Of a stretch of DNA of 64,000 nucleotides, positions 1 through 13,209 are shown piece after piece (within the stretch, counting starts at the first letter, position 1; every line of letters starts with the position of its first letter). The stretch lies in the NCBI GenBank assembly GCA_964187785.1, contig OZ076409.1:69938001-70002000 (forward strand), in the 5' to 3' direction. The stretch comes from Amphiscolops sp. MND2022 (lineage: Eukaryota). Position numbers and translations under genes: made by a program. The notes below the pieces were generated by a model. That model was not told where the DNA came from and ran no database searches. It saw nothing but the letters and a program-made list of their open reading frames with translations.

Positions 1-612
1 GTGTTTACATCTATCAAACAGAGGCCCATAACAAATGCAGAGATCGATAACACTGTAGCCATTTGCTGCCAGAAACGTAGGCTCACCATCATTGAGAATG
101 CTGAAGTGGTGAGCTATTTTAACTAGTTCCTCACCTGACAAGTTACACGATTTGTCTCCCCAATAGGTATGTCTTGCATTGAGATCACCAAAGAAAAGAG
201 CTCCATTCAGGCAATTTTTGTCAACATACGTTTTGCAACTCTGTATAACTTTTATTGTACTTCTCAATCCTTCGAAGTCATCGGGTCTGACATATGCAGT
301 AGACACAACTAACTTAATTCCGCTCAGCCCAACAGTCAAAACAACATTATCGACAGAGGTGTCTTCGAGTTGATTAAGTCTTGAGTAAGGGATGTGATGT
401 TTCAATAAAACTGCGACGCCCCCAGAACTTCCACCCATAGAACTGATTCTTGTGTAATTGTCGAATAGATTTGCGCTAATTTGTGTCTTGGTTTCATTAA
501 GAAAAACGATATCAGCTTTGGTTTGTTGTAAGTATTGATTCAATGCTATTTTACTATGATCACTCAGGCCGCATATAGTCATCTGCAAGAAAGTGAAACC
601 AGAGTTAGCCAT
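1..612 (-). CDS. LINE ORF2 N-terminus, APE endonuclease (open to the window edge)
   Basis: Manual translation from ATG at 612: MANSGFTFLQMTICGLS...IVFLNETK...GGVAVL...FFGDLNARHTYWGD...LNDGEPTF...SVIDL. No stop before position 1. The start overlaps the ORF1 stop at 605. Confidence 0.9.
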   Translation of the reverse strand, partial: MANSGFTFLQMTICGLSDHSKIALNQYLQQTKADIVFLNETKTQISANLFDNYTRISSMGGSSGGVAVLLKHHIPYSRLNQLEDTSVDNVVLTVGLSGIKLVVSTAYVRPDDFEGLRSTIKVIQSCKTYVDKNCLNGALFFGDLNARHTYWGDKSCNLSGEELVKIAHHFSILNDGEPTFLAANGYSVIDLCICYGPLFDRCKH

Positions 613-1813
613 CATTTTTTGACACAGGGTTTCTCATAGTCGGCGCTTGTAGACCTCGTGCCTCATGAACTCTTTCCACCTGTTTAATATAAGTTGGGCA
701 GTCAAGAGAATCAGCTTCGTGGCTTCCGCTGCAATTTGTACACCTGGCAGGCTGATTACCGCTGCAGTTGTCGATAGAGTGCTCGCCGGAACAATGTTTG
801 CATGAGACTTTCGAATGGCAATTGGAACTGACGTGTCCGAATTTCTGACATCGGTAGCAACGGAATATTCGTAATCCTTGCTGTATGAATTCGACTGGTT
901 GATAGTACAAATTAGTCAATGAAAATCCCGTCGGTTGTTGCCTTGTCAAACTGGGCTTTTGAGGGAAACGTCAGTTTGACAATTTGCAGTGTTTTTCCAT
1001 CGCTTCTGACAAAGCGTCTGATTCTGACACCTGGAAAAAATTCCGTAAGAGCTGAAGTCAAGTCCGAGTCGGACACTTCTAATGGAACTCCCCGTATTAC
1101 TGCGCTGTGCTGTTCATTCCTGTCACTAGCTCTCCGAGCTGACGAGTCGCCGCCAAAAAAATCAGCCCTCCAACCCTGCAAAACACAGTCAGCCTCCTCT
1201 GGTGTTGTAAACTCAAGATGTATACTACCACGTGCTGTAATAAAAGCGTATAGTAATTTTTTGTTTGGATAAATGGAAGCGAACCCTCTTTTGATTTCGA
1301 TACTATCCCGGAATTTCTGATTTGTCTTGTTGAGCAATATGTTGCGAGGATCACGATTTCGTCTTTTTCCACTTCTGATGTCAGTTGTAAATTTCGTTTG
1401 AGTTTCGTTTCGATTAGTTTTTACTTTATCCGCATAGTTCTCGAGAGGCTGAGTTGATGTTGGGTTGTCAAGCTTGAGTTTGATAGTTAATAGGTCCTTT
1501 TTCATGGATTCCGTAATTTGTAACTCCGTTTTTCGCATTTCAGTATCTTTTTTTGTTGTTGATTTATGGCATTCAAGGATTTCCAAAGAACGCCCTGTAG
1601 TTGCTTGTCTTCGCATTTGGAGTAATACCAATGAACAGAGGCATATTTTGAAAGTATTGGAAGGTCCTTTACATCAAGGCCCCCACAAGATCCATGACAC
1701 TATGACTCACATCCGTTGCAACATATTGAATTCTTTTCAGTTTCCTCAACAATACTTTTACATTTGTCGCAACAGTCATCCGAGACTGACTGATTCCTGT
1801 TTTTCGGTCCCAT
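605..1813 (-). pseudogene. LINE ORF1: PHD finger, coiled/RRM-like middle, three CCHC zinc knuckles (disrupted)
   Basis: ATG at 1813: MGPKNRNQSVSDDCCDKC...ICCNGCES*CHGSC...HWY (PHD with one stop). ORFs 912-1631 and 605-949 follow, carrying CYRCQKFGHVSSNC, CKHCSGEHSIDNC and CTNCSGSHEADSLDC. Segments are frameshifted. Confidence 0.85.
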
Positions 1814-1895
1814 TATGTCAGATCACTGCCAAATCTCAAGGTCTCCTAACCAACTAAGGATTTCGAAGACAAAGAAAAAAAAACAGATCACTAAT

Positions 1896-2498
1896 CTACT
1901 GAGACACTTTCAGTTGTCGGAGCTTCCTTCTTATTCTCTGATTTGGATTCTTCCTAATGTTTTTATCTGGTTTGAACCTCTGTACGTGATTACGGTGATT
2001 CCAGACAACAGATAGGAGCTTGAATTCTAGCGCGGCTGACGGATGCATCTGTCGCAAGTCGGACAAGATCGTGCTGTCTTTGCTTTTCTTTTGAGAAATT
2101 AATTTTCTAACAGCGTCGATGATGATGATTTGTGAACCGAACAACCGCCTTTTGATGTCCCCAGTGTCCAGACGGCGACAGTAAACTATTGCTTTAATTC
2201 TGTCCTTGAACAGCAAGAGATTTTCTATAAGCTGGTCGATCGAACTTGGCTGATAGTTGTTGCTTCTATGGGGCGAAATTGAATTGTTTATAACGTCGTG
2301 CCAAATAATAATATTGTTAACTTTACTGAGAGATCCTCGAGTAAGAAGGTTTTGAAGAAGTTTATGACGGTTGATGGCTTTATCGTTAAAGCTAAGTCCT
2401 GGTACCAAAGAGCAGCTGCGAACAAATAACTTTTTAGTTTTGTAAGGGATAGAATCAAGAGTTCGGCACAATGAACTAGCGTCAATAATGACAACCAT
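1896..2498 (-). CDS. Intact 200-aa ORF0 upstream of LINE ORF1, putative divergent SGNH/GDSL hydrolase
   Basis: ATG at 2498 within track ORF 1896-2720. Motifs IIDASS / PGLS / IIWHDVINNS / DLRQMHP occur in SGNH block order, followed by a basic tail. Same strand as ORF1 and ends ~80 bp before its ATG. Confidence 0.55.
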   Translation of the reverse strand: MVVIIDASSLCRTLDSIPYKTKKLFVRSCSLVPGLSFNDKAINRHKLLQNLLTRGSLSKVNNIIIWHDVINNSISPHRSNNYQPSSIDQLIENLLLFKDRIKAIVYCRRLDTGDIKRRLFGSQIIIIDAVRKLISQKKSKDSTILSDLRQMHPSAALEFKLLSVVWNHRNHVQRFKPDKNIRKNPNQRIRRKLRQLKVSQ

Positions 2499-2835
2499 GT
2501 AATTAGTAATGAAAGCGTGCCAAATGAGAAGAAAAAAGGAACGAACTAACGATTTTTGATAGAGGCCGAATTGGCACGAAAAACCACCAGAACAGTCCCA
2601 GAAACCAGAGTGCGACGATTGTCCAGAGCTGAGTCCAGGGGAAGGTGAACAATCAATCCAATCAATAACTTCTCTGAAACTATTCAACAAGTTTATCACA
2701 ACAATTAGGCTCGTTTTCAAAAGGAAACGAAAAGAACGACAAAGCCCTTCTACTACTCATGCCAGCCACAAATCAGCGAAAACAATTTGTCGACGAATCG
2801 AGTCAGCGAAACTATCGAACCATTTCAATTGTGAC

Positions 2836-4560
2836 TTTTTTCCTCTATCAGATACCATGGATCTTCGTCATCAATCAAGTGCCATGTGTATCATCATGTT
2901 GGGGGAGAAGACACACACCCGTGGTCTGCAACGAAAGTAGGGAACCCATAACAGCCACTGTCCTAGTAGACCAGTAGCAAAAAGAAACAACCAACAAACT
3001 ACTCATACCAGCCACTATCGCAGTCGACCGGTAGGAAATCTTTTTAAAGCTGCAAGACATAGGTTTTTTTTAAAAAAAGCTATATGTAATAAATTTCTTC
3101 GAACGCATCTCTGTCGCTCACAGTTCCTAGAACACAGGCCGCATTGCCAATCTGAAGAGCCATTGAAATCCGTTGCTTCAAAAAGGGTGGGCATAAATAG
3201 GTCGAAGGAACGGGATCGAAAATCAGAGTTAGTCCTCAGGTCGACAAACCAAATTTTTGAATGGGATCGAAACAACTCAGATCGAAACTTTTATAACGTA
3301 GTCAGATATGTTCACATACCCCTAGTGCCCTGAATGCAGGAGCGAAGCGAAGCGACGTGCCATATGGCCATGCCTCAATGTTGCTACTTGGCGAAGGGAG
3401 CGAAGCGACCGAGCCATACAACAAATACGATAAAATTCGACCGCATTCCATTCGATCCCGGCAATTCGATCAAAAGGTTCGACCTCTATCCTTTCGACCG
3501 GAAAAATTCGACCTATTTACAGCCACCCCTTCAAAAAGCTGCCAACTCGTTGATCGTCGTGCGAACAACAGATCATTTTACAGAGACGCGTGATGAAAAT
3601 TTCACTGCTCTCGGCTGAAGAACCCTGTACTTCCAAGGCCACCGGTTGAAAAATTAATCCATTGTTTAATAATTCGCGATACTTCTCAATTTTACGCGCT
3701 TCAGCCTCGGTGGCGGTGGTTCCCGGGTTGCATAAAGAGCCTTGATTCAGACGGCTGGGTGCAAGAGCATCCACAACCGTGACATCCCATACCAGCTGTT
3801 TACCCATTTCCCAAGGATTCATGGTTACTCCGTCTGCGCGTTTGCCATCAGTTCGGTACAATCCACGCGGTTCGAGCACTTAAGGCAAGTCGAGAGATCC
3901 CAACGTCTGCTTTATGAGAAAATTGAGAGTAGTATGACGTGAGAAGGGACCAGCACTCTAGGTGCAAGAAAGATCGTGTGAACCGTCCCGTTCAACTCTT
4001 TTACCACAGTGGCACGTAAGCGCAACACCTGATGTTGGCCCCGAGAGGCAAACCAATTGAAATCCGAAGCTGCTGATCATCAAGTTTTAGGCCTAGGTTT
4101 TTGCAAGGAACGACGTTGAGCCATTGAGGACTGAAGTCGCCTTGATGAGCGGTAAAAACTTTCGAACGTTTGTCATCCATTCTAGAAATCAAATCTTGGG
4201 CGGTTTTGACGTAGACAGGTTGTGTCCAATTTGTCTGAGTTCCATCGGGAGGACTTTTCTGTTCATTCGTCAAACTCAACTATGTCTCAAGTGCTTTTTT
4301 TTACACGAAACATCTTGGAATGTTCCCGAGAAAATCGTCGTGAGAAAGTCACTCGCACCAAAAACTGAGGCCAGAAAAGCGGAAAGTGCTAATAATGATG
4401 CGGATGAAATCCCAAGACCACCCATCTCAGCGGGCCGAGCCAGCTGAGTCCTCGAAATATCGTCGAAGTTCACGTTACACACTTTGGAACGAAAGCCAGT
4501 TGCGTACGGTTTTGTCACATTTTTCCAAGAGAACTGGATGATTAAAACATAATGTGACCT
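2836..4560 (-). mobile_element. CRE-like RLE-type non-LTR retrotransposon, 3' part (5'-truncated, frameshifted)
   Basis: GGLGISSA motif, CCHC finger and RLE motif EPRGLYRTDGKRADG..PWE.GKQLVWDVT. Stop at 3080-3082. The 3' UTR and short A tail match the copy at 62117-62791. Confidence 0.85.
3185..3528. mobile_element. MITE with GGGTGG..TAAATAGGTCGAA TIRs and 9-bp TSD (Mutator-like)
   Basis: TSD CTTCAAAAA at 3176-3184 and 3529-3537. The uninterrupted target is visible in the CRE copy near 62430-62450. Confidence 0.9.
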
Positions 4561-5100
4561 CGGTTCACTGCAAAAGTCGTTCGCTTATTTGCTAGTTGTG
4601 GAGCCTGATTTGCTCCAGTGGTCATTTTATAGGTAGGTAGGTATTATGGATTCGGCCATCACGGCCGGGGATTTCCTCCCCTTCAATGTTCGACGACGCA
4701 GTTTGTCAGATTCTCCACGTGTTACTGACAACCTCATTGTATTTATTGGAAAAGCACCAGAAGTAGCCCAGGAGTCGTTGTTTTAGTCCTTGAGGGTTTT
4801 TGAAAATGACAGTCTTCGGAAGTCTGTTCATGACTGCACCAGTCCTGTAAAAGAAGCTGTCTCGACATTTTTTCTTGGGTTTCCTGTTATCAAATCTCAG
4901 ACAAACATTTTGACAATGTCATTAGATCTTGGTGTTGGAGGTAAAGTCTAAGAGGGAGAATTTTGCATTTTTTCAAATTATTCAGATAATTCCGGTCTCC
5001 ATTGATCCATCTCAAACTTTCTTTTCGGATTTTTTCAAGATGTTCGCAACATTAAATATTCGGGTACCATATGTTACTGCCGTGGATCAAAATGGGCACT

Positions 5101-5980
5101 TAGAGGAGGGAATTACGTCTAAAGGTTCAATGGATATAACGTCTAAAGGAATAACATTTAATGTGAAATATTAGGGAATAACGTCTAAAAAAACGGGAAT
5201 AACGTATAAACAGAGGAATAACGTCTAAACCTGAAAAACAGGAATAACGTCTAAATTACAGAAAAACGTCTAAAATACAGGAAAGTCGTCAAAATACGTT
5301 TGAAAAACAGTAATACCGTATAAAATCGAGAAAACGCCCAAAACTTTCCAAAAATCAATAAAATTCGTCGAAGAAATGGGAACAACTTCTAAAATTGAGA
5401 AAATCTAAGTCAATCAAGATCTACAGCTATAAAGTGATCCAAAGTATAAAACGTGTCTCGGATATGTCCCCATCTTCTCTAGTGTCACGCGGCCCGTAGT
5501 GGGCGCTGGTCTTTGCGACTGTGAGGGCGAGCGTGCATACACCGAATGTGCCCCCCATTGGGTGGGAAAAGTAAAGGATGTCAGACATCCACGAGGTTAC
5601 GCGATATGGCTTTGGGAAAAGTGTCTTTCAGATATTATTCGAGCCAAGTTTAGATCTTATTCCACTTTTCGAAGTTGAGCATGTCCAATATTGAACTTGT
5701 TATTCGAATTAGGGGTACCGTAGTTAATGATACCCGTGCCATGTCCCATTATTGTGTCTAAGTCTCCCATTTGGTGTAAAAACAATCAAAATTTGAAATT
5801 TTTATTTCCAAAAAGTTTTATTTCTAAAACTCGAATAATGTCCTAGAAACGTGTATAACGTCTAAAAAACGGGATTAACGACTAAAAGTTTAGACATTAT
5901 TCTCAAAAAAGATTCAAAAATGAACGTTGTTTCCCGTTTTCAATTTAGACGTTATTCCTTAGACGTTATTTCTGGACGCC
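5101..5980. mobile_element. MITE/foldback-like element with GGAATAACGTCTAAA subterminal repeats and 9-bp TSD
   Basis: TSD ATGGGCACT at 5092-5100 and 5981-5989. The repeats are mostly direct, with inverted copies (TTAGACGTTATT) at the right end. Confidence 0.8.
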
Positions 5981-6298
5981 ATGGGCACTATCATGGATTT
6001 GTGAATATTCAGGTTAGCTGTAGGAGATAACCTTGGTGAGCTTCCCTTGACCATCCAGAGCACATACCTTGCTTTAAATCTGCTTTTTTGTGTGTTCGGA
6101 CCATTTCAGATCGTTAGATAATACTACACCAAGATCTTTCTGAAACGATTTTTCCTCGGTGGTCGGAAATAGGTCGAAGGAACAGGATTGAAAATCAGAG
6201 TTAGTCCCCGGGTCAACATACCAAATTTTTGAATGGGATCGAAACAACTCAGATCGAAATTTTGTTTTTGGGAAACAAATCGAATTGCCGCAGATAGA

Positions 6299-7251
6299 TG
6301 TAACGGCTGCTTGCCTTTATCCTGCGCTGAGGCTTGACAAACTTTACGCCGCCCTGATCCGTTGCTTAGTACTGTGGACCGTTACTAAACAAATCCTGGT
6401 TTTCTTGTTTTAAAGGACTGTATCTTTAGACTGGTGGGTCCGATGTGACCCGTGGAATCTCCTGCGATTCCTCTTTGCACTGATTTGGATCCGATGTGAT
6501 CCTGCACACCTTTCCCTCACTGTATCTTCACGCGCTCCGGCTCTTCAACTTTGAGAGTAGCTACTTAGTCCCTCTGACTCTAGCGAAAAGTTGTGAAGAT
6601 TGAGAAGATGATTAATTAGTCTCGCGGTCCTGAGACCCAACTTGACCATTGCTATTCAGTGGAGAAAATCTCTATCTCATAATGGTATACATATGGTTTA
6701 CAATTCTACAGTAAATATAAGCAAATATCAGTTGAAATATGTTGTATAAATAAATGACATTTAAAGCCTAATATGAAGTTATTGGCTATGTAAACAAAGA
6801 ATGTGGTGGTTTTGGCATGTTATTCAGGTGGGTTAGAAAGTATGTTTACATAATGTAAATATCATTACTTTCCTCAGAGTTACATTTCCTCCAAGGTCAC
6901 ATGAGAAAATCACATAATAATTAAAACATCAAAATTGGGTAATTCATGGGGTCCGACGTAGGTCTCTTTGGGTGTTAATTGCTCGGAACCCAGAGAAGAT
7001 ACGGGGTTAAGTGGTCCGAGTGTAAAGTTGAGTTAGCACCTCTAGTATATACATACTAAGTTTCAGGGTCATTGGACAAGTGCTTCTCAAAAAGAGGGGG
7101 GGTGGTGTTTTTTGGTGACGCCATATTTCTGATGAAACTTGTAAATATTCCAACTAAAATCTTGACAAAGTTTCTAAGTGTTTTGAGTTGTAAGTTTCAT
7201 CAGTCACGTTCGAATTTGAGTTTCTCGTCTTGCAATTGACTGGCGCCCACA
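6299..7251 (-). repeat. BEL 3' LTR
   Basis: Direct repeat of 13552-14502, roughly 2-3% different by manual count. Confidence 0.97.
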
Positions 7252-10200
7252 TTGCCGGCCCTGTTTTTCTCCCGAAAAACACTTTCACAGAACAGGGGTG
7301 CCAGTTTCACTACTGGTCTTTTCAGTTTTCCATCTTCTGTTTTCCCAGCGCAGATCTCACTCGTCCATCCCTTCCATGATAGACTTCTAACACTCTACCC
7401 ATCTTGTAGTGTGCTCTTTTTACGTTCTCATCCACTATCCAAACCAAATCATTGACTTCCAGTTGTCTAACTTCTTCTTTATTCCATTTAGATCTCTCAT
7501 TCCATTGGGGTAAATATTCTCTATTCCATCTGCTCCAGATCATATCTTCATATGCCTGTGATACTCTGAAAACTCTTCTATGATCTGTGTATCGCTGAGC
7601 GTCAGGAATAAATGGGGTTGCTGGACTCGCGCGTCCTAGCAGGAAGTGGTTTGGAGTCAAAGCTTCCAAATCTTCAGGATCATCACTGACACTAGTCAGA
7701 GGTCTTGAATTCAATATCTGCTCAACCAGGCACATTGTTGTGGATAATACATCATCTGTCAGTGTTCTGTTTCCCACTATTGCCATCATAGCTTTATTGC
7801 AGCTTCTGACCATTCGCTCCCGAACACCTCCAAAATGCGGCGCACCTGGGGGATTGAACTTCCATTTTATTTGTTTTTGAGCCAAAGACTGCTCAATATC
7901 TGATTGATTCCAAGCTTCTATCCATTGTCGCATCTCTCTTGCTGCGCCCACGAAATTTGTTCCGTTGTCACTTAGAATGACATTGGGTTTTCCTCTTCGT
8001 GCGATGAATCACGTTATAGCAGCAAGACAAGCGTCGGCTTCCAAGCTGGGCACGACTTCAACATGCACAGCTCTTGTTGTCAAACATGTAAATAGACAAC
8101 ACCAGCGTTTCATTGATTTCCTCATGAATCTCACTTAGAATGGTCCAAAATAGTCTACTCCAGTGTTGGCAAATGGGAAAACTCTTTCTTCCAATCTTTC
8201 TTTAGGTAGGTCTGCCATGAAAGGTTGAACTACTCCTACTTGTTGTTTTCTACACTTAACACACTTCAGCTTCACATTTCTGAGCGCGTTTTGGAGTCCA
8301 ATTATCATGTATTTTTGCTGCAAAATACTGCGAACATACTCTGTTCCTTCGTGATAGTTATTTTCATGCGCATCTTCAATCAATTTCCCCACTATTGGAT
8401 GCTTCCCAGATAACAAAATTGGATGTTTCAATTCATAACTGGCATCAGCGTGACGCAGTCATCCTCTTAATTGCATGAAGTTCTGTTCGTCCATAAATGG
8501 TGACAGTTTGTTTAAGTGATCAGATGCAGCCATTGGTTTACCTGCGGTCAATGCTTGATATGTTGGACCAAAACTTTCCATCTGGCTCTTCCGCAGTAAC
8601 AGTCGGATCACTTGCTGCATTTCTTCTATTATTACCACCTTTCCTTTGCTTTTTGATTTGAACCGAAGGCAATAGGCGAAGATGCGGGTCGTTCTTCTGA
8701 AAGAACCGAACTTCTCCCAATCAATGTCCTTTTCTTCTGACACGACTTCAAAGACTTGCTCTATGTCTTCTGTTTTCTGCCGAAACAACTGTGGTGAGGT
8801 TTGTGGCCAAGCATCTTCTTTCTCTCGAAGCCATGCCGGCCCTGTGAACCACTCGCTCTTTTCTAATTCAAGGACGGATTTTCCTCTTGTTCCAATGTCG
8901 GCAGGGTTTAAGGTTCCTTCGACATGTCTCCACTGATCAATGGTTGAACTGTCAAGGATTTCAGCAACTCTATTCGCTACAAACACCGGTTGTTTCTTAT
9001 CAGCTCCATGCAACCATTGCAAAATAGTTGTCGAGTCCGTCCAAAAGAAGGTTTGTTCAATTTCAGCGTCGTGTTCGTCTACAATCAGTTGTTTCAATCG
9101 GGTTCCATACATAGCTGCTTGTAGCTCTAGTCGGAAAATTAATTGTTGCTTCATTGGCGCTACTCGGCATTTCCCTACCACATAGGCAAGCTCTCCAGTT
9201 TGTTGATCTCGAAAGTAGGCAACTATGCACATGGCTTCCAGGGATGCATCGGCGAAAATATGCAAGTCCACTACTTCAGCATTTTTCGATAGATATTTTC
9301 TTTTGATAGCCATTTCATTCATGTGACTCAACTCCGATGCCCAATCCTTGAAAGCAATCGCGTCTTCTGGAGAAACTTGTTCGTCCCACGATTCCCCATG
9401 CTTCTTCCAAATTCTTTTGAGCAACAATTTCATTCTCACTGTGAAGGGGGAAAACAATCCCAACGGGTCAAACACAGAGGATACGTGAGATAGAACAATT
9501 CTCTGAGTGATCTTGGCAGGCACCTCTTTTCCCGTACCGCGGCAAATCTCAAGACTGTCTGACTCCACATTCCACTGGAGTCCCAAGATAGAGGGTGCCA
9601 AGGGTTCAGCTTCGAATGTTTTACTTAGCGCGTCTGATCCATCTTCAGAAGGAATTTCTTCCATTACTTTCTCTGAGTTGCAAATCCATTTCGTTAGTTG
9701 AAAGCCACGATCCGCTAAGGATTTTTGCAAGCACTTGAACACTTCCACAGCTTCTTCCCCTGAAGCTACTGACTTCACAAAATCGTCCATATAGAAGTTT
9801 CTGTTGATCAACTTTGCAACCATCCCATTGTCATCTCTGCTGTCTCGTCCGACTTGTTGCAAAGCGTAGTTGACACATGTTGGCGAACTCTTAGCTCCAA
9901 AAATGTGTCTTCCATATTCATACACAGCGATAGGGTCAGTGTGGTTTTCTCTCCACAAAAATCTCAGTACTTTGCAATCAGTAGGGGGTACTTTCACTTG
10001 GAGAAACATTGCATCGACGTCTGCTGTCAGGGCGATTTCCTTTTCCCTGAATCTGAAGATAGTTCCTATCAGCGATTGTAGGCGGTCTGGACCGGCCATC
10101 AAGTTATCATTCAGCGAAACACCTCCGAACTTTGAGGCAGCGTTGCACACTCGTCTCACTTTGTCCGGCTTGTTCGGGTTCAGCACAGGGAGATGCGGAA

Positions 10201-13183
10201 CATACCACTGAAGGTCTGATTTAGTGTTTTCAAGCTCTGCTTCGTCCAGAACTCTCACAAAGCCCTTTTGTACGTCTACATCAATTTTCTCTTTGTAGCG
10301 TTGTTTCAAGTTCGCATCAATTTCCAGTCGGCGCTCGAGAGACTTCAATTGACTCACTGCTGAACTGTAATTATTTGGCAAATGCGGCTTTGAATTTTTC
10401 CAAAGTAGCCCGACCTCATACCTCTCTCCATCGAACTTTGTGGTTGCCTTGAGCATTTCGAGGGCGTTTTTGTCTTCCTCGGACCTTCCTGATACGCTGC
10501 ATTTGGAAGCATACGATTCCATGCTCCACCAAGTCTTCACTTGATCCGCTAACGGGTCTACTTCTGCTGCAACTAGACTCTCAGTTGCGAGTTTTGCTGT
10601 CTCTTGTTGAGGCAAGGTTCCACTGAGCATCCATCCCAGTTTCGTTCGCACTGCCCAAGGCTTGGCGTTTCCACCCTTTCTATAGTCGATTGCTCTATGC
10701 AAGTGGTAACAATCTTGCCCCAAGATGACTTTTACATCTCCCAAGTTGATGTTAGAATCTTTGAATACTGACAGGTGAGGATATGTTTCTTTTAATTTCT
10801 TGAGGTTGTACGTTCGATTTCCTGCATTCACGTTGGGATGACTATAGGCCATGATATCTTCTTCGACCTTTCCGTCTGGATCTCCAATCCTGACTCGAAG
10901 TCGTTTACTACTAGTATCTGAGGTACCATGAATCCCTGCAACATTCAAATCCACCGACTGTCCCGTCAGATTTAGCGTTTTAATAAAGCTCTCGTCCACA
11001 AAGGACAGGCTTGCTCCAGAGTTGCACAAAGCGAACGTTTTCAGAGTTTTGCTCCCACTCCCTATCGTTACTGGAATTACTGGAAGCACTCCACTGCTTT
11101 TCTTTGATGACAAATTGGAGACCTCTTCGACATTTTCAACATTTTGCTTTTGTTCCGCGTTCTTGTATGGTCTGTGTAGCAATCTGTGATGAGGTTTTCC
11201 GCAACCACTTACGTCGCAGAGTCTACCAGAGCAATCTCTCATCTGATGCGCGTCTGACAAACATTTGAAGCACAATTTCAACTCTTTCGCCTTTTGTCCT
11301 CTTTCTTCGACGTTCATCTTCTTGAACTTCTTACATTTCCATATGGGATGTTTGTCATATTTCAGCTCACACTCTCGCTGGTATTTCGAGTTGTCACTGG
11401 CTGTGTTTGTTGTTGATGTGGCAAACGTGGAGCCTTTGGCCTTTTCCTTGTAGTTCGACTTCGCGCGATCAGCATTCGGGTTTGAAGACAAAAGCAATTC
11501 GTCTTGAACATCTACTATATCATTGAGCCATTCACTGAACACAGCGAGTCCGGGTTGATACAGGTTCATTTGCTTGACATAAGTGAGCCACTTCGTTTTC
11601 ATGTCCAGTGTTAACTTCCTTGTGGCACTGCCAAGGACTCCTTCTGAGTTTAGGTCTCCCACGTAGTTGAATTGTGTCAGAACGTTCACACAACTCGACG
11701 CAAACTTGATAAATGCGGCTCCATCAAAAAGTTTCATAGGAGGAAAGGAATAGATTCGTTTCAGCTGGGCGTTCACAACCATTTGAGGTTTTCCAAAGTT
11801 TCGAACTAGAACGTTCCACGCCACATTGTACATCTCAGCTGTGTATCCCAAGCCAGCAATCGCCTCTTTGGCTTTGCCCGTGACCATTGTTTTTAGGTGG
11901 TTCATCTATACACTGTCGTCTATATTTGCTGCGTGGACGGTTGCCTGAAATAGTTGTGACCACTCTGGCCACTCCAGTGGGTCACCTGAGAATTCTGCCA
12001 ACTTCAGTTTTGGCAAGCTGGATCTGATGAAATAGTCATCTCTTACGTTCGACGCCACGTTTCGCCCTTGACCTGGCAAATACTGTTTTTGTGTGTTCGT
12101 CAGATCGTCATCTGGAGTCCCGACCGGTGATATACTTCGTAAACTAGACCCACAACTGCTCGACGCTTGCGCAATTTGTATTTCCTTTTCGGCAATTTTG
12201 GCTTTGCGGACCAGCTCTTTTTGCAGGTCAGCTATTTCCATTTGCTTTAGCTGCGTCAGGCGAGTTTGCAGCTCGTCTTGTTCTTTCAAAGCTTTCAGCT
12301 CCAAGTGCAGAACTCGTCTTGCACTTGATGTTTTCGAAATCACAGATGTTTTATTGCTTTTGGTTTTGTCACCTTGCGAATCTATACTCATTTCTTCTAG
12401 TTGCAGTGATCTAGCTCTTTTTCTTGGCTCTCGTCTGTCATCCGCGATGTGACCATCATCGTATCCTTTTTGCTCATTGTCGGGTTGTGTTTCTTTTTGT
12501 GACGAGGTACCATTTTTACTGAATTTGTCTGCTGCCGAGTTTACACGAGCGTCTGCTAGTCTTTGTTCAGCGTCTTCAAGACTTCGCAAAATGGCTCCTT
12601 CGTCTCCTGACTTCAGCAGAGCTTCAATTTTTGTTTTAATGTCAGACCTTTTCTGCAGAAATTCTTGACACGCTGCAGCATAATCTTCTTCGTTGGCGTC
12701 ATTGCCATTTGCGATTGAATCCTCCCGCAACTTTTCGTTGTTAACCATTAGTTTATCAATTGCACGTTTCTTTTCGTCAGGATCCAAGTAGTTTAGTATC
12801 TGATTTTCGTCTTGCAATGCTGACATCAGTATTTTTACCCTTCCAATGCTAGAGCATTGATGCTGCAACTCAACCAATCGGCTCTGCATTGCTTTGTTCG
12901 CTGCTGAGAACATTTCGGGTATCTGCGGTTGGTACTTGACTTTGATTGCATTTTCGACTGCTTTAATGAGGCGATCTCTCCTGTTTATGGCATCTGTTCG
13001 TCTTAACAGCAAATCTGCTATCTGCTTGTTGTCATCATTGCTAGCTAGGTTCTCATCAATGTCTTTAACAGTCTTACCTTGTTCGACAGCTGCATTCCAA
13101 TAACTCAACGTTTGGGTTTTGTCAGCAGAGTTCTACAGGAAGTTTTCGATTTTGTTGATATCGAACCATTTTGGTTCTGCCAT
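7252..13183 (-). pseudogene. BEL/Pao gag-pol polyprotein with premature stops and frameshifts
   Basis: ATG at 13183 (MAEPKWFD). Motifs: LPKLKLAEFSGDPLEW, CFKCLSDAHQMRDC knuckles, protease ALCNSGAS (catalytic D replaced by N), NFYMDD RT, HIFADAS RNase H, GVDYFGPF and PGAPHFGG integrase. In-frame stops at ~13133, 11906 and 8459. Confidence 0.95.
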
Positions 13184-13209
13184 CTCTCCTCTTGTCGCTT
13201 GAACTCAGT

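Noticed and set aside
5110..5400. GGAATAACGTCTAAA repeats with variable spacers as a CRISPR-like array
   Set aside because: Short, degenerate, irregularly spaced, inverted at the other end and bounded by a 9-bp TSD, i.e. transposon subterminal repeats.
8459..11905. 1148-aa ORF as a functional gene
   Set aside because: Fragment of BEL gag-pol between premature stops, with a mutated protease site.
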